From assembly GCA_964539045.1 (NCBI GenBank), contig CAZIHW010000117.1:17230-81229 (forward strand): a DNA stretch of 64,000 bases, read 5' to 3'. The position numbers were made by a program, and so were the translations under genes. How positions within the stretch are numbered: position 1 is the stretch's first letter; the number at the start of each line of letters is the position of its first letter. The DNA comes from an uncultured Eubacteriales bacterium (lineage in GTDB: Bacteria > Bacillota > Clostridia > Oscillospirales > Acutalibacteraceae). The notes under the pieces were generated by a model, which was not told the origin of the DNA, did no database searches, and saw only the letters and a program-made list of their open reading frames with translations. Positions 9,060 to 19,448 of the stretch are shown one piece after another.

Positions 9060-10265
9060 GTGGCAGATAAGCGAGATTATTATGAGGTTCTGGGTGTAGA
9101 TAAAAGTGCATCCGAAGAAGAACTGAAAAAAGCATACAGAAAAAAGGCTAAACAATATCATCCCGACCTGAATCCGGGGGATGCTGAGGCAGAAAAGAAT
9201 TTCAAGGAAGTAAATGAGGCCTACGAAGTTTTGTCGGATGCCGATAAGAAGGCAAGATATGACCGCTTCGGACACGCAGGAGTAGATCCGAACTTCGGCG
9301 CCGGAGCAGGCGGCGGATTCGGTGGTGGATTCGGTGGCGGTTTTGACGACTTGGGAGATATTTTCTCGAGCATATTCGGCGGAGCCGGCGGTTTCGGAGG
9401 ATTTGGCGGATTCGGCGGAGGCCAGTCAAGAAATCCGAATGCTCCGAGAAGAGGTTCCAATATAGAGACAAAGGTAAATCTTACTTTTGAAGAGGCAGCA
9501 AAGGGCTGTAAGAAGACAATTGAGGTTCCGAGAATAGAGAAGTGTGATGTTTGCGGAGGCTCAGGATGTAAAGCAGGCTCAAAGCCCGAAACCTGCAGCG
9601 AGTGTCATGGCTCGGGAAGTGTTACCACACAGTCCAGAACTCCCTTTGGTATGTTCCAATCAACAAAGGAATGTCCGAAGTGCCACGGAAAGGGTAAGAC
9701 TATAAAGGATCCATGCCAGCGTTGCAAGGGCGTAGGCATGATAAGACGTACTGTCAAGGTTGATGTAAAAGTTCCGGCCGGTATAGATAACGGCCAGGCA
9801 TTTGCCGTAAGAGGCGAAGGTAACCACGGAACTAACGGAGGTCCGCAGGGCGATATATATGTAGTGGCCTCAATAAGACCTCATGATATATTCACAAGGG
9901 ACGGATACGATGTACATTGTAAGATAAAAGTTACTTATTCACAGGCCGTATTGGGCTCTGAGATATATGTTCCGACTCTTGAAGGTAAGGTTAAGTATAA
10001 TATGCCGGCAGGAACACAGCCGGGTACAAGATTCAGGCTTCGTGAACGGGGAATCCGACAGGAAGGTTCATCCATCAAGGGCGACCAGTATGTAACTGTT
10101 GTTGTAGATGTTCCGAAAAAGGTTACAGAACACCAAAAACAGTTGCTGAGACAATTCGACGAAGAGTACATCGATAAACCCGTAAATGATTCTACGGGTT
10201 ACAGTGAGAGTTCGGGAAACAAAAAGAAAACAATTTTTGAAAAAGTTAAAGACGCTTTTGATTAA
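9060..10265 (+). CDS. dnaJ: Molecular chaperone DnaJ
   Basis: J domain (YYEVLGV...HPD), G/F-rich linker and four CxxCxGxG zinc-finger repeats. GTG start. Confidence 0.95.
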   Translation: MADKRDYYEVLGVDKSASEEELKKAYRKKAKQYHPDLNPGDAEAEKNFKEVNEAYEVLSDADKKARYDRFGHAGVDPNFGAGAGGGFGGGFGGGFDDLGDIFSSIFGGAGGFGGFGGFGGGQSRNPNAPRRGSNIETKVNLTFEEAAKGCKKTIEVPRIEKCDVCGGSGCKAGSKPETCSECHGSGSVTTQSRTPFGMFQSTKECPKCHGKGKTIKDPCQRCKGVGMIRRTVKVDVKVPAGIDNGQAFAVRGEGNHGTNGGPQGDIYVVASIRPHDIFTRDGYDVHCKIKVTYSQAVLGSEIYVPTLEGKVKYNMPAGTQPGTRFRLRERGIRQEGSSIKGDQYVTVVVDVPKKVTEHQKQLLRQFDEEYIDKPVNDSTGYSESSGNKKKTIFEKVKDAFD

Positions 10266-10336
10266 TAAGCTAAAGTTAGCCGTCAGACTAATATGGTAAA
10301 GAGCCGGCCATCAGTCCGGCACATGGATATCAAACA

Positions 10337-10370
10337 GGGGACTCTCTTATGAGAGCCCCCTTAAATATTT
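10337..10370 (+). terminator. Intrinsic terminator after dnaJ
   Basis: GGGGACTCTC-TTAT-GAGAGCCCCC hairpin (one mismatch) followed by a T-rich tract. Confidence 0.6.
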
Positions 10371-10465
10371 TCAGACTGAGGATACAAATCAGTTGATTTT
10401 TGCGCTTTAAATGGCTAAAATAGATTATGATTTACTATATATAACTTATTTCGAGGTGTTTTCGT

Positions 10466-12103
10466 ATGCCAATTTTCGAGTATTTGGAGAAAAATGCTCA
10501 AATGTATCCTGACGAAGTCGCTTTGGTTGAAATAAATCCAAAGTTTGAGCCGACTTCAAAACTTACGTGGAGAGATTATGCTCTTATGGAACCGCAACCG
10601 GGAGAACCTTTCAGACGTGAGATAACATGGAAGACCTTTGACGAAAAGGCAAATATGTTTGCAAATCTTCTTTTTACAAGAGGCGTTGGAAAGGGAGATA
10701 AAGTTGCTATACTTTTGATGAATTCCATAGAATGGCTTCCCATATATTTCGGTATCATCAAGACAGGTGCTATAGTAGTTCCTCTGAATTACAGATATAC
10801 TGCTGAAGAGATAAAGTATTGCCTTGACAAGTCTGATTCATCTATGCTTGTTTTCGGACCGGAGTTTACCGGACGCGTTGAGGAGATAGTGGACAGAATC
10901 CCAAAGGTAAACCATTTGTTCTATGTTGGGGAGGACTGCCCGTCTTTTGCCGATTCATTTGAAAAGATGATAAGGTTCTGTTCCGATAAGAAACCCAATG
11001 TAAAGGTTACCGATGAAGATGACGGAGCAATTTACTTTTCTTCCGGTACAACAGGTTTTCCGAAAGCTATATTGCACGCTCACAGGAGTCTTATGCACTC
11101 CGCTGTTGTAGAGCAGGCTCATCACGGACAGCAGAGAGATGATGTTTTTCTTTGCATCCCTCCTCTCTACCATACGGGAGCAAAGATGCATTGGTTCGGA
11201 AGTCTGGTGTCAGGAAGTAAGGCAGTGCTCTTAAAGGGAACAAAGCCTGAATGGATAATAAAAGCCGTATCAGATGAGCAATGTACAATCGTCTGGCTAC
11301 TCGTTCCATGGGCACAGGATATATTGGATACCATAGATAGGGGAGAAATAGACTTATCAGAGTATTCACTTTCTCAATGGAGACTTATGCATATCGGTGC
11401 ACAGCCGGTTCCTCCTGCACTCATAAAGAGATGGCTGAGCGTATTTCCGAATCACAAGTATGATACAAATTACGGCCTGTCTGAGTCTATAGGACCGGGA
11501 TGTATACATCTCGGTATAGAGAATATCGATCATGTCGGCGCCCTGGGCAAAGCGGGATATGGTTGGGAAGTAAAGCTTTGCAATGAGGACGGAACGGAAG
11601 TTCCGACCGGAGAAGTCGGAGAGATCTGGGTTAAAGGACCCGGAGTTATGAAATGCTATTACAAGGACGAGCAGGCGACAGCTGAATCCTTGCACGGCGA
11701 ATGGCTCCTCACGGGAGATATGGGCATGAAGGACAAGGATGGATTTATACATATTGTAGATAGAAAGAAAGATGTTATAATATCAGGAGGAGAAAATATT
11801 TATCCGGTACAAATAGAGAATTTCCTGAGAAAGAATCTCGCTATCAAGGATGCCGCTGTTATAGGTTTCCCTGATGCAAGGCTCGGAGAAATTACCGGTG
11901 CTATTATTGAGATAAAAGATGGCTACACGCTGACTGAAGATGAGGTTAATGAGTTTTGCCTTGATTTGCCGAGATATAAGAGGCCGAAAAAGATTATTTT
12001 TGCCGATATTCCGAGGAATCCGACCGGCAAGATAGAAAAACCAACCCTCAGGAAGATTTATTGCACAGACAGCGTTGTGGCCCACCAGGTTCAGGAGGGT
12101 TAA
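10466..12103 (+). CDS. AMP-dependent acyl-CoA synthetase/ligase (class I adenylate-forming enzyme)
   Basis: AMP-binding motifs YFSSGTTGFPKA, GDMGMKDKDGFIHIVDRKKDVIISGGENIYP and a C-terminal PRNPTGKI. Confidence 0.8.
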   Translation: MPIFEYLEKNAQMYPDEVALVEINPKFEPTSKLTWRDYALMEPQPGEPFRREITWKTFDEKANMFANLLFTRGVGKGDKVAILLMNSIEWLPIYFGIIKTGAIVVPLNYRYTAEEIKYCLDKSDSSMLVFGPEFTGRVEEIVDRIPKVNHLFYVGEDCPSFADSFEKMIRFCSDKKPNVKVTDEDDGAIYFSSGTTGFPKAILHAHRSLMHSAVVEQAHHGQQRDDVFLCIPPLYHTGAKMHWFGSLVSGSKAVLLKGTKPEWIIKAVSDEQCTIVWLLVPWAQDILDTIDRGEIDLSEYSLSQWRLMHIGAQPVPPALIKRWLSVFPNHKYDTNYGLSESIGPGCIHLGIENIDHVGALGKAGYGWEVKLCNEDGTEVPTGEVGEIWVKGPGVMKCYYKDEQATAESLHGEWLLTGDMGMKDKDGFIHIVDRKKDVIISGGENIYPVQIENFLRKNLAIKDAAVIGFPDARLGEITGAIIEIKDGYTLTEDEVNEFCLDLPRYKRPKKIIFADIPRNPTGKIEKPTLRKIYCTDSVVAHQVQEG

Positions 12104-12110
12104 AAATCAT

Positions 12111-13856
12111 ATGAAGAGACTTTTACTGGGCAATGCAGCCGTTGCGGAGGGTATTGCGGATGCAGGTTGCCTTTTGGTTTCAAGTTATCCCGGTACTCCG
12201 AGTACGGAGATAACCGAATTTGCCGTTAAACACGAAGAGGTTTATTGCGAGTGGGCACCTAATGAGAAGGTTGCAATGGAGACTGCTATAGGTGCGTCTA
12301 TAGCCGGTGGCAGGGCCTTTTGTGCGCAAAAGCACGTTGGACTTAATGTCGCAGCCGACCCATTGTTCACCGCTTCTTATACAGGCGTGAACGGTGGCCT
12401 TGTTGTAGCTGTTGCAGATGATCCCGGTATGCATTCCAGTCAGAATGAGCAGGATTCAAGGCACTATGCAAAGGGCGCTAAGGTTCTTATGCTCGAACCC
12501 TCTGATTCCGGAGAATGCTATGAATATACGAAGCTTGCTTTTGAGCTTTCCGAAAAATTTGATACACCTGTTATACTCAGACTGACTACAAGGGTTGCAC
12601 ATTCAAGTAGCCTTGTTGAGACCTGCAAGGATAACGGTGCGAAACTCAGAGCATATGAGAAGAATCCCGGAAAATATGTAATGATGCCGGCAATGGCTAA
12701 GACAAGACATATTTTTGTTGAGGATAGATTGCAAAAGGAACGCGAATATAGTGAAACCTCAGATCTAAACAAAGAGATTATAAACAGCAATACCGTAAAC
12801 GGCAGAAAAATCGGTGTTATTGCTGCCGGTATAACATATCAGTATGCAAGGGAAGCATTGGGTGAAAATGCGTCTTATCTTAAGCTCGGATGTGTATATC
12901 CGCTTCCCGAAAAGAAGATACTCGATTTTGCTTCAAAAGTAGACGAAGTTTACGTTTTAGAGCAATTGGATCCGTTTATAGAAGAGCATTGTAAGTCTCT
13001 CGGACTTAAGGTTCATGGTAAGGATGAATTCACTCTTCAGGGTGAGTATTCACAGACTCTGATTGAAAAAGTTATTCTTAATAAGGAACTTCCGACATTG
13101 AAAGCCGATGTGGATGTTCCGGGAAGACCGCCGGTTCTTTGTGCCGGATGCCCGCACAGGGGACTGTTTTCCGCTTTGAAGTCTTTGGATGTTTTTGTCA
13201 GCGGAGACATAGGCTGTTATACCCTCGGCGCTCTTCCTCCGATCCAGATGATAGATACATGCGTTTGTATGGGAGCTTCAGTGAGTTCATTGCACGGGAG
13301 AAATAAGGTCAGACCTCAGGAGGCAAAGAAGAGTGTTGCTGTAATAGGCGATTCTACCTTCATACATTCCGGCATTACGGGTCTTATTAATATAGCCTAC
13401 AACCAGAGTAATTCGAAAGTTATTGTCCTTGATAATTCTATAACCGGCATGACAGGACATCAGCAAAATCCGACTACCGGAAAGCGAATAAACGGAGATC
13501 CGACGACCGCCGTAAATCTCGAAGCTTTGGCTCATGCTGTCGGAATTGACAGAGTAATAGTTGTTGATCCGTATGATATACCGGCCACAAAAGAAGCTAT
13601 AAAAGCGGAGCTTGAGGTTGATGGGCCGAGTCTTATAATTTCAAGGCGTCCGTGCGCTCTTCTGAAGGAAGTTAAACATAATCCTCCATTCAGTATAGAT
13701 ACCGAAAAATGTACAGGTTGTAGAGCATGCCTTAAGATTGGATGCCCTGCTATAAGTATCAAGGACGGAAAGTCCTGTATTGATTTTACTCAATGCGTTG
13801 GTTGCGGTATGTGTAAACCTTACTGTAAGTTTGATGCTATAAAGGAGGGTGAATAA
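12111..13856 (+). CDS. iorA: Indolepyruvate:ferredoxin oxidoreductase, alpha subunit
   Basis: TPP-enzyme architecture with two C-terminal 4Fe-4S motifs (CTGCRACLKIGCP, CVGCGMCKPYC). The ATG at 12111 follows GGAGGG. Confidence 0.85.
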   Translation: MKRLLLGNAAVAEGIADAGCLLVSSYPGTPSTEITEFAVKHEEVYCEWAPNEKVAMETAIGASIAGGRAFCAQKHVGLNVAADPLFTASYTGVNGGLVVAVADDPGMHSSQNEQDSRHYAKGAKVLMLEPSDSGECYEYTKLAFELSEKFDTPVILRLTTRVAHSSSLVETCKDNGAKLRAYEKNPGKYVMMPAMAKTRHIFVEDRLQKEREYSETSDLNKEIINSNTVNGRKIGVIAAGITYQYAREALGENASYLKLGCVYPLPEKKILDFASKVDEVYVLEQLDPFIEEHCKSLGLKVHGKDEFTLQGEYSQTLIEKVILNKELPTLKADVDVPGRPPVLCAGCPHRGLFSALKSLDVFVSGDIGCYTLGALPPIQMIDTCVCMGASVSSLHGRNKVRPQEAKKSVAVIGDSTFIHSGITGLINIAYNQSNSKVIVLDNSITGMTGHQQNPTTGKRINGDPTTAVNLEALAHAVGIDRVIVVDPYDIPATKEAIKAELEVDGPSLIISRRPCALLKEVKHNPPFSIDTEKCTGCRACLKIGCPAISIKDGKSCIDFTQCVGCGMCKPYCKFDAIKEGE

Positions 13857-13857
13857 T

Positions 13858-14430
13858 ATGTCCGTAAAAGGTATTATGATTGTAGGTGTAGGCGGACAGG
13901 GTACTCTTCTGGCTTCAAGACTGCTCGGAAATGCACTGATTTCACAGGGATATGATGTAAAGATCTCTGAGGTGCATGGCATGTCACAACGTGGCGGCTC
14001 GGTTGTAACCTACGTAAAATACGGAGATAAGGTTGCTTCGCCTATAATAGAGAAGGGTGAAGCGGATATAATCCTTTCTTTTGAACAACTCGAGGCAGCA
14101 CGCTGGCTGCCGTATCTTAAGACGACAGGAAAAATGATTGTAAACACCCAGAGCATAGATCCTATGCCGGTTGTTATGGGTGCGGCCGAATACCCGGGCG
14201 GAGTTATTGATTCTCTCAAAAATGCAGGCGCCGATATAATGCCTGTTGATGCATTGGGGATGGCGTTGGAGGCCGGAACCCCGAAAGCAGTGAATGTCGC
14301 CCTGATAGGCGTCATGGCAAAGCAGACCGAGATACCGAAAGAGGTTTGGATAGAAACCATAAAGTCAACGGTTCCACAGAAGTTTCTGGATTTGAATCTC
14401 AAAGCATTTGAGCTCGGTTACAGCAGCTGA
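13858..14430 (+). CDS. iorB: Indolepyruvate:ferredoxin oxidoreductase, beta subunit
   Basis: IVGVGGQGTLLASR and EVHGMSQRGGSV motifs of the 2-oxoacid:Fd oxidoreductase gamma-type domain. It follows iorA directly. Confidence 0.8.
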   Translation: MSVKGIMIVGVGGQGTLLASRLLGNALISQGYDVKISEVHGMSQRGGSVVTYVKYGDKVASPIIEKGEADIILSFEQLEAARWLPYLKTTGKMIVNTQSIDPMPVVMGAAEYPGGVIDSLKNAGADIMPVDALGMALEAGTPKAVNVALIGVMAKQTEIPKEVWIETIKSTVPQKFLDLNLKAFELGYSS

Positions 14431-14445
14431 TTTACATAGCCTGAT

Positions 14446-14480
14446 GGCGATCCCGATATAGCGGGGTCGCCTTGCTTATT
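14446..14480 (+). terminator. Intrinsic terminator after iorB
   Basis: GGCGATCCCG-loop-CGGGGTCGCC hairpin followed by TTGCTTATTTT. Confidence 0.65.
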
Positions 14481-14597
14481 TTATATATTTAAAGTATAAT
14501 GTCACATAAGCTGAAAAGCGACAAAAGACCGCTGTTTTGGGCGGGTTCAAATCTGCGCCATCAGCCTAAATTGAAGCGTTTTATACGGAGGGATTTT

Positions 14598-15707
14598 ATG
14601 AAATCTCATTATGACTTCCTGGTTGTAGGAGCCGGATTATTCGGCGCGGTTTTTGCCCATGAGGCGACAAATCGCGGCAAGAGCGTCCTGGTTATAGAAA
14701 AGAGGAACCATGTAGGCGGCAATATCTACACGGAGAAGGTAGAAAATATAGATGTACACAAATACGGGGCACACATATTTCATACCTCGAACAAAGAGGT
14801 TTGGGACTATGTATCCTCCCTTGCCGAATTTAACAACTTTGTAAATTCGCCCATAGCGAACTACAGGGGCGAGATATATAATATGCCTTTTAACATGAAC
14901 ACTTTTGCGAGGATGTTCCCGGTTTCTACCCCGAAAGAGGCTCTGGCTGTTCTCGATAAGGAGAGGAGCGAAATAGATCATGAGCCTGAAAATCTTGAGG
15001 AGCAGGCGATAAGTCTTGTCGGAAGGACTATCTACACGAAATTGATAAAGGGATATACCGAAAAGCAGTGGGGTAGGGATTGTAAAGATTTGCCCGCTTT
15101 CATAATTAAGCGTTTGCCGGTCAGATTGACATATGATAATAATTATTTCAATGACCGCTATCAAGGGGTGCCAGTAGGCGGATATACGGCCTTGATTGAA
15201 AAGCTGCTTGAGGGCAGTGATGTTCAGCTTTGTGTTGATTATTCCGGCGAAAATAGGGATAAGTACAGGTCCATTGCCGATAAGGTTATATACACCGGAC
15301 AACTTGACGCTTATTACGACTATAAACTCGGAAAGCTTGAATACCGGAGCCTGAGATTTGAAACAGAGACTTTGGACGAGTCAAATTATCAGGGCGTCGC
15401 CGTCGTTAATTATACGGACAGGGAACCGGCGTATACCAGGGTTATAGAACATAAGCATTTCATGTGCAATTTACAGCTTGATAACCCGAAGACTGTGGTG
15501 ACACGTGAATATCCGGCTGCCTGGGAAGAGGGAATGGAACCATACTATACCGTAAACGACGACAAAAATAACGAACTATATGAAAAGTACAGGCAAATGG
15601 CAGATGCGGAAGGTCTTATTTACGGGGGCAGATTAGCTGATTACAAGTATTATGATATGGATGATACGATAGAGGCCGCCCTCTCGCTTGCCAAAGCAAA
15701 GATATAA
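14598..15707 (+). CDS. glf: UDP-galactopyranose mutase
   Basis: YDFLVVGAGLFGAVFAHEATNRGKSVLVIEKRNHVGGNIYTE is the Glf N-terminus. The ATG at 14598 follows GGAGGG; the track start at 14499 is rejected. Confidence 0.9.
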   Translation: MKSHYDFLVVGAGLFGAVFAHEATNRGKSVLVIEKRNHVGGNIYTEKVENIDVHKYGAHIFHTSNKEVWDYVSSLAEFNNFVNSPIANYRGEIYNMPFNMNTFARMFPVSTPKEALAVLDKERSEIDHEPENLEEQAISLVGRTIYTKLIKGYTEKQWGRDCKDLPAFIIKRLPVRLTYDNNYFNDRYQGVPVGGYTALIEKLLEGSDVQLCVDYSGENRDKYRSIADKVIYTGQLDAYYDYKLGKLEYRSLRFETETLDESNYQGVAVVNYTDREPAYTRVIEHKHFMCNLQLDNPKTVVTREYPAAWEEGMEPYYTVNDDKNNELYEKYRQMADAEGLIYGGRLADYKYYDMDDTIEAALSLAKAKI

Positions 15708-15711
15708 AAAT

Positions 15712-15740
15712 TTGTTCATATTTTAAGCTTGTTCATATTT
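15712..15740 (+). promoter_or_regulatory. Perfect 12-bp direct repeat (TTGTTCATATTT x2, 5-bp spacer) upstream of the two-component/HtrA operon
   Basis: Copies at 15712-15723 and 15729-15740. The second copy could act as a -35 (TTGTTC), with TATATT downstream. Confidence 0.4.
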
Positions 15741-15846
15741 ACACATTTCTATATTTGTGGTTAAATAATATCCGTATCTAATTACTTTTAAAGGTTATTT
15801 TAAGAAAATACTCTTATCATTGTACAAGCCAATAGGAGGAATGAAG

Positions 15847-16536
15847 ATGGCTATAGGAAAGATCCTTGTTGTTGATGACGACACAAATATCTGTGAGTTG
15901 CTTAAACTCTATATGGAGAAGGATGGCTATATAGTTTATATAGCAAACGACGGTGAGGCTGCCGTTCGTGCTTTTAACGAAGTTAATCCCGATATAGTTA
16001 TACTTGATATTATGATTCCGAAACTTGATGGTTGGCAGGTGTGCCGGGAAATCAGAAAAGTTTCAGACAAACCGATAATTATGGTTACCGCCAAGGGTGA
16101 AACCTTCGACAAGGTTTTAGGTCTTGAGCTTGGTGCGGATGATTACGTTGTTAAGCCTTTTGATGCAAAGGAAATTATGGCGAGGATAAAGGCTGTTCTG
16201 AGACGTACATCAGTTTCTGCTGAAGATGAATCAAAGCAAGTTGATTATGAGGACCTTTCCATAAATCTTACAAACTATGAGATGAAGGTAAAGGGAGAGG
16301 TTATACCGACTCCGCCGAAGGAGCTTGAACTTATTTACCATTTGGCGAGCAACCCGAATCGTGTGTTTACGCGCGACCAGCTTCTTGATGAAGTATGGGG
16401 TTTTGACTACTACGGGGATTCACGTACTGTTGACGTACATGTAAAGCGCCTGCGTGAGAAACTCGAGGGTGTATCTGAAAAATGGGCTCTCAAAACCGTT
16501 TGGGGCGTAGGATACAAATTCGAAACAAAGGAATAA
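15847..16536 (+). CDS. OmpR/PhoB-family response regulator
   Basis: Receiver domain (ILVVDDD, ILDIMIP, KP) plus a winged-helix C-terminus (VWGFDYYGDSRTVDVHVKRLREKL). The ATG at 15847 has the best spacing from AGGAGG. Confidence 0.9.
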   Translation: MAIGKILVVDDDTNICELLKLYMEKDGYIVYIANDGEAAVRAFNEVNPDIVILDIMIPKLDGWQVCREIRKVSDKPIIMVTAKGETFDKVLGLELGADDYVVKPFDAKEIMARIKAVLRRTSVSAEDESKQVDYEDLSINLTNYEMKVKGEVIPTPPKELELIYHLASNPNRVFTRDQLLDEVWGFDYYGDSRTVDVHVKRLREKLEGVSEKWALKTVWGVGYKFETKE

Positions 16537-16542
16537 TTTGTT

Positions 16543-18051
16543 ATGTCAAAAGGGAAAAAAATAAAAGTTCCCAGACGTACGACACTTTTCTTCAAATACT
16601 TCAGGGTAACAGTGGCTATAATGGCTTTGACGATGATTGCTATGGGTTTTGTATTCTTAATGTTCCTGGTAAACTACTGGACTGCAACCAGTGCGAGCAG
16701 CCTTAAGTCTAATGCCGAAAGTATAGCAAGTACAGCTGAGGCAATGTTCAGCTCCGGACGTATGAAGGAGTCCCCCGCCGAAGCTAATATTATCCTTTGT
16801 AACAGTCTGAACATGGTATCCAGCTCTATCGGAGCAGATGTTTTTATGACTAATAAAGACGGAGATGTTATTCTTTGTAAGGACCTGCTAAATTCCAATA
16901 TGCAGGTTCAAGGCGAAGGAAAGTGCCCTATACATATGGGATATACAGTTCCGGAAAAAATAATAGACTCGACAACTGATGAGGGATTTCGAGGTATAGA
17001 CCGCCGAAACGAAACGGATCCCTCTCTCTATATGATTGTGGGTACACCCATAGATTATGACGGGTCTGTTATAGGTTATATTTTTGCTACAACACCCGTC
17101 AATCAAACTCTGAGATCTTATTCTATTGAGATGATAAAGTTGTTTGCCGGGGCAGCCACCGTGTCTACCGTTATAGCTATAATTCTTATATACATCTTCA
17201 GCTACGGTCTCACGAATCCGTTGCAGGAGATGTCCAGAATTACCAAGCTTTATGCGCGCGGTGACTTTTCCAAGACTATAAAAGTAAGAGGAAATGATGA
17301 GCTTTCAGATTTGGCAAAGAGCCTGAACGCCATGGGAGAATCATTGTCTGTCCTTGAAAATTCGAGGAGGAGCTTTGTTGCCAATGTGTCACATGAGCTT
17401 AAAACTCCTATGACATCGATAGGCGGTTTTATAGACGGGATTCTTGACGGCACTATACCACAGTCTGAAGAAAAGCATTATCTTGATATAGTGAGTAAGG
17501 AGATAAAGCGTCTTTCCACCTTGGTTGTTACGATGCTTACGCTATCTAAAATAGAAGCGGGTGAAGAGAAACTTAATCCAACGGAAACAGAACTTCGTCA
17601 GTTGCTTTTTGATGCTCTTTTAAGTTTCGAAAAGCCTATAGAAGACACGAATATCAATATTGAGGGATTCGAGGAAATGCCGTCTGTGAGGATATTGGCT
17701 GACGAAAAAATGTTGTTCCAGGTTGTGTATAATCTTTTCGACAATGCTGTTAAGTTCACAAATATCGGGGGTACGATAAAAATAGATCTTATTGAACTGC
17801 CGGATAGAGCTCTGATAGCGATTTCCAATACCGGTGAAGGTATATCCAAGGAGGAAATCGTCCGCGTGTTTGAGCGCTTTTACAAGGTGGACAAGTCGAG
17901 AAGCGAACACGTTAAGGGCGTGGGTCTCGGATTGAACCTTGCGAAGAATATAGTAGAGCTCCACGGCGGTGAGATACACGTTGAAAGTGAACCGGGAAAA
18001 CTTACAACATTTAGTTTCTGGATTCCGAAAAAATTAGGCGAACAGACATAA
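16543..18051 (+). CDS. Sensor histidine kinase (2 TM, HAMP, HisKA, HATPase_c)
   Basis: H-box FVANVSHELKTPMTS, N-box YNLFDNAVKF and G-boxes GVGLGLNLAK. Confidence 0.9.
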   Translation: MSKGKKIKVPRRTTLFFKYFRVTVAIMALTMIAMGFVFLMFLVNYWTATSASSLKSNAESIASTAEAMFSSGRMKESPAEANIILCNSLNMVSSSIGADVFMTNKDGDVILCKDLLNSNMQVQGEGKCPIHMGYTVPEKIIDSTTDEGFRGIDRRNETDPSLYMIVGTPIDYDGSVIGYIFATTPVNQTLRSYSIEMIKLFAGAATVSTVIAIILIYIFSYGLTNPLQEMSRITKLYARGDFSKTIKVRGNDELSDLAKSLNAMGESLSVLENSRRSFVANVSHELKTPMTSIGGFIDGILDGTIPQSEEKHYLDIVSKEIKRLSTLVVTMLTLSKIEAGEEKLNPTETELRQLLFDALLSFEKPIEDTNINIEGFEEMPSVRILADEKMLFQVVYNLFDNAVKFTNIGGTIKIDLIELPDRALIAISNTGEGISKEEIVRVFERFYKVDKSRSEHVKGVGLGLNLAKNIVELHGGEIHVESEPGKLTTFSFWIPKKLGEQT

Positions 18052-18065
18052 ACGGAGTGAACTAT

Positions 18066-19355
18066 ATGGAATTTAATGAGTCCAACGACTTTAATCAAAA
18101 CAATTCTAATCAAGTGCCCGGTGGACCGGAAAATAAGAAGGGTTCTTCGGGAAGAAAAATATTTGCCGTGTTGATGATAATCATCGTATTAATAGCGGGT
18201 ATAGCCACGGTAAAGATAATTTTAACAGATGATCCCGGGAAACGAGACACCAATCAGGAATCAAATAAGGCGATTGACAGCAGTGCTGATATAAAGATAT
18301 CAGATGCTAAGGAGTATGATTCTGAAAATGCTGACGGAACTTTGAATTCCGTTCAAATCGCTGAAAAGGTGAAACCATCTGTTATAGCTGTAGTAACATA
18401 CAAGGGCAATACTTTGGCCGGTGAAGGCTCGGGTGTTGTTATGAGTGAAGATGATTCGGGTAATACTTACTTTATTACCTGTGCCCATATAGTCAACAAA
18501 GGCGGCGTTGATGTTAAGGTGGAATTGGGCGACGGTACACAGTACGATGCGAGTGTCGTCGGATATGATACCAGAACCGATATAGCTGTCCTGAGTGTTG
18601 CTAAAACAGGATTTACGGTAGCCGAATTCGGTGATTCATCCATTCTGAAGGTGGGTGAACCTATATATGCTATAGGTAACCCCGGAGGAACCGCATTCTA
18701 CGGTTCTTTTACAGGTGGTTATGTGTCTGCGATAGACAGACCTACCTCCACATCTTCAAGCGGATATTCAATGGAATGTATACAGCATGACGCCGCTATA
18801 AATCCCGGTAACTCCGGCGGAGCATTGGTAAACAGCTATGGTCAGGTTGTAGGTATTAATTCTTCCAAGATCGCCGATGAAGAGTATGAGGGCATGGGAT
18901 TCGCAATACCTATAAATGTGGCAAAGGATATAGTTGACAGCATATTGGAAAACGGATATGTTGCAAATAGGGCCAAGCTTGGTATAAGTTATTTTCCCGT
19001 CAGCCAAAATCAAACATACAGTGCAATCGTAAGGAAGAATGACCTTCCTTCAGGTTCTATAATTATTGCAACTATAGACGAGAACAGCGCCTTCAACGGA
19101 ACTGATGTAAAGGCAGGAGATATGATTGTCGCTGCCAACGGCAAAGAGCTTACATCAACTGACGTTCTCCTCGGTTTTATAGAAGATGCAAAGGCCGGAG
19201 ATAAGCTCAAGCTGACTATTGTCAGAATAAACGACGATTACAGCATAAATAAGTTCGATGTTGAAGTATCTCTGGTAGAGGATAAGGGCAGTTCTCAGCC
19301 TGCTTCTCCGAATGAGGGAGAGGACAAGGAATTTACAAATCCGTTCGCGGAATAA
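18066..19355 (+). CDS. htrA: Membrane-anchored trypsin-like serine protease with PDZ domain (HtrA/DegP family)
   Basis: Catalytic motifs TCAHIV, TDIAVL and GNSGGALVN. C-terminal PDZ-like region. N-terminal TM segment. Confidence 0.85.
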   Translation: MEFNESNDFNQNNSNQVPGGPENKKGSSGRKIFAVLMIIIVLIAGIATVKIILTDDPGKRDTNQESNKAIDSSADIKISDAKEYDSENADGTLNSVQIAEKVKPSVIAVVTYKGNTLAGEGSGVVMSEDDSGNTYFITCAHIVNKGGVDVKVELGDGTQYDASVVGYDTRTDIAVLSVAKTGFTVAEFGDSSILKVGEPIYAIGNPGGTAFYGSFTGGYVSAIDRPTSTSSSGYSMECIQHDAAINPGNSGGALVNSYGQVVGINSSKIADEEYEGMGFAIPINVAKDIVDSILENGYVANRAKLGISYFPVSQNQTYSAIVRKNDLPSGSIIIATIDENSAFNGTDVKAGDMIVAANGKELTSTDVLLGFIEDAKAGDKLKLTIVRINDDYSINKFDVEVSLVEDKGSSQPASPNEGEDKEFTNPFAE

Positions 19356-19448
19356 AATAGGGCTAATGGAAAAAAACACCTCGAAAACGTGATAAAAGAT
19401 TTACAAGTGTTAAATCTTGTGATATCATGTTTATCGAGGTGTTCGCTT

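Noticed and set aside
9202-9471. Two overlapping antisense ORFs with PPNPP repeats inside dnaJ
   Set aside because: They are the reverse complement of the DnaJ Gly/Phe-rich linker ([10 protein letters not shown]), a compositional artefact.
12075-12110. N-terminal extensions given by the ORF track (for example iorA 12075, glf 14499, dnaK 7118, sigma 3825, TetR 19389, ymdB 21835, rrf2 42933, lipoprotein 54967)
   Set aside because: In each case an internal ATG, GTG or TTG lies 5-10 nt after a clear GGAGG-type RBS and matches the conserved family N-terminus. The upstream extensions lack an RBS or overlap the preceding gene.
14637-15302. 221-aa ORF antisense to glf
   Set aside because: It lies entirely within a well-supported gene on the opposite strand. 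It has no RBS and a low-complexity, unfamiliar sequence. This is a typical shadow ORF.
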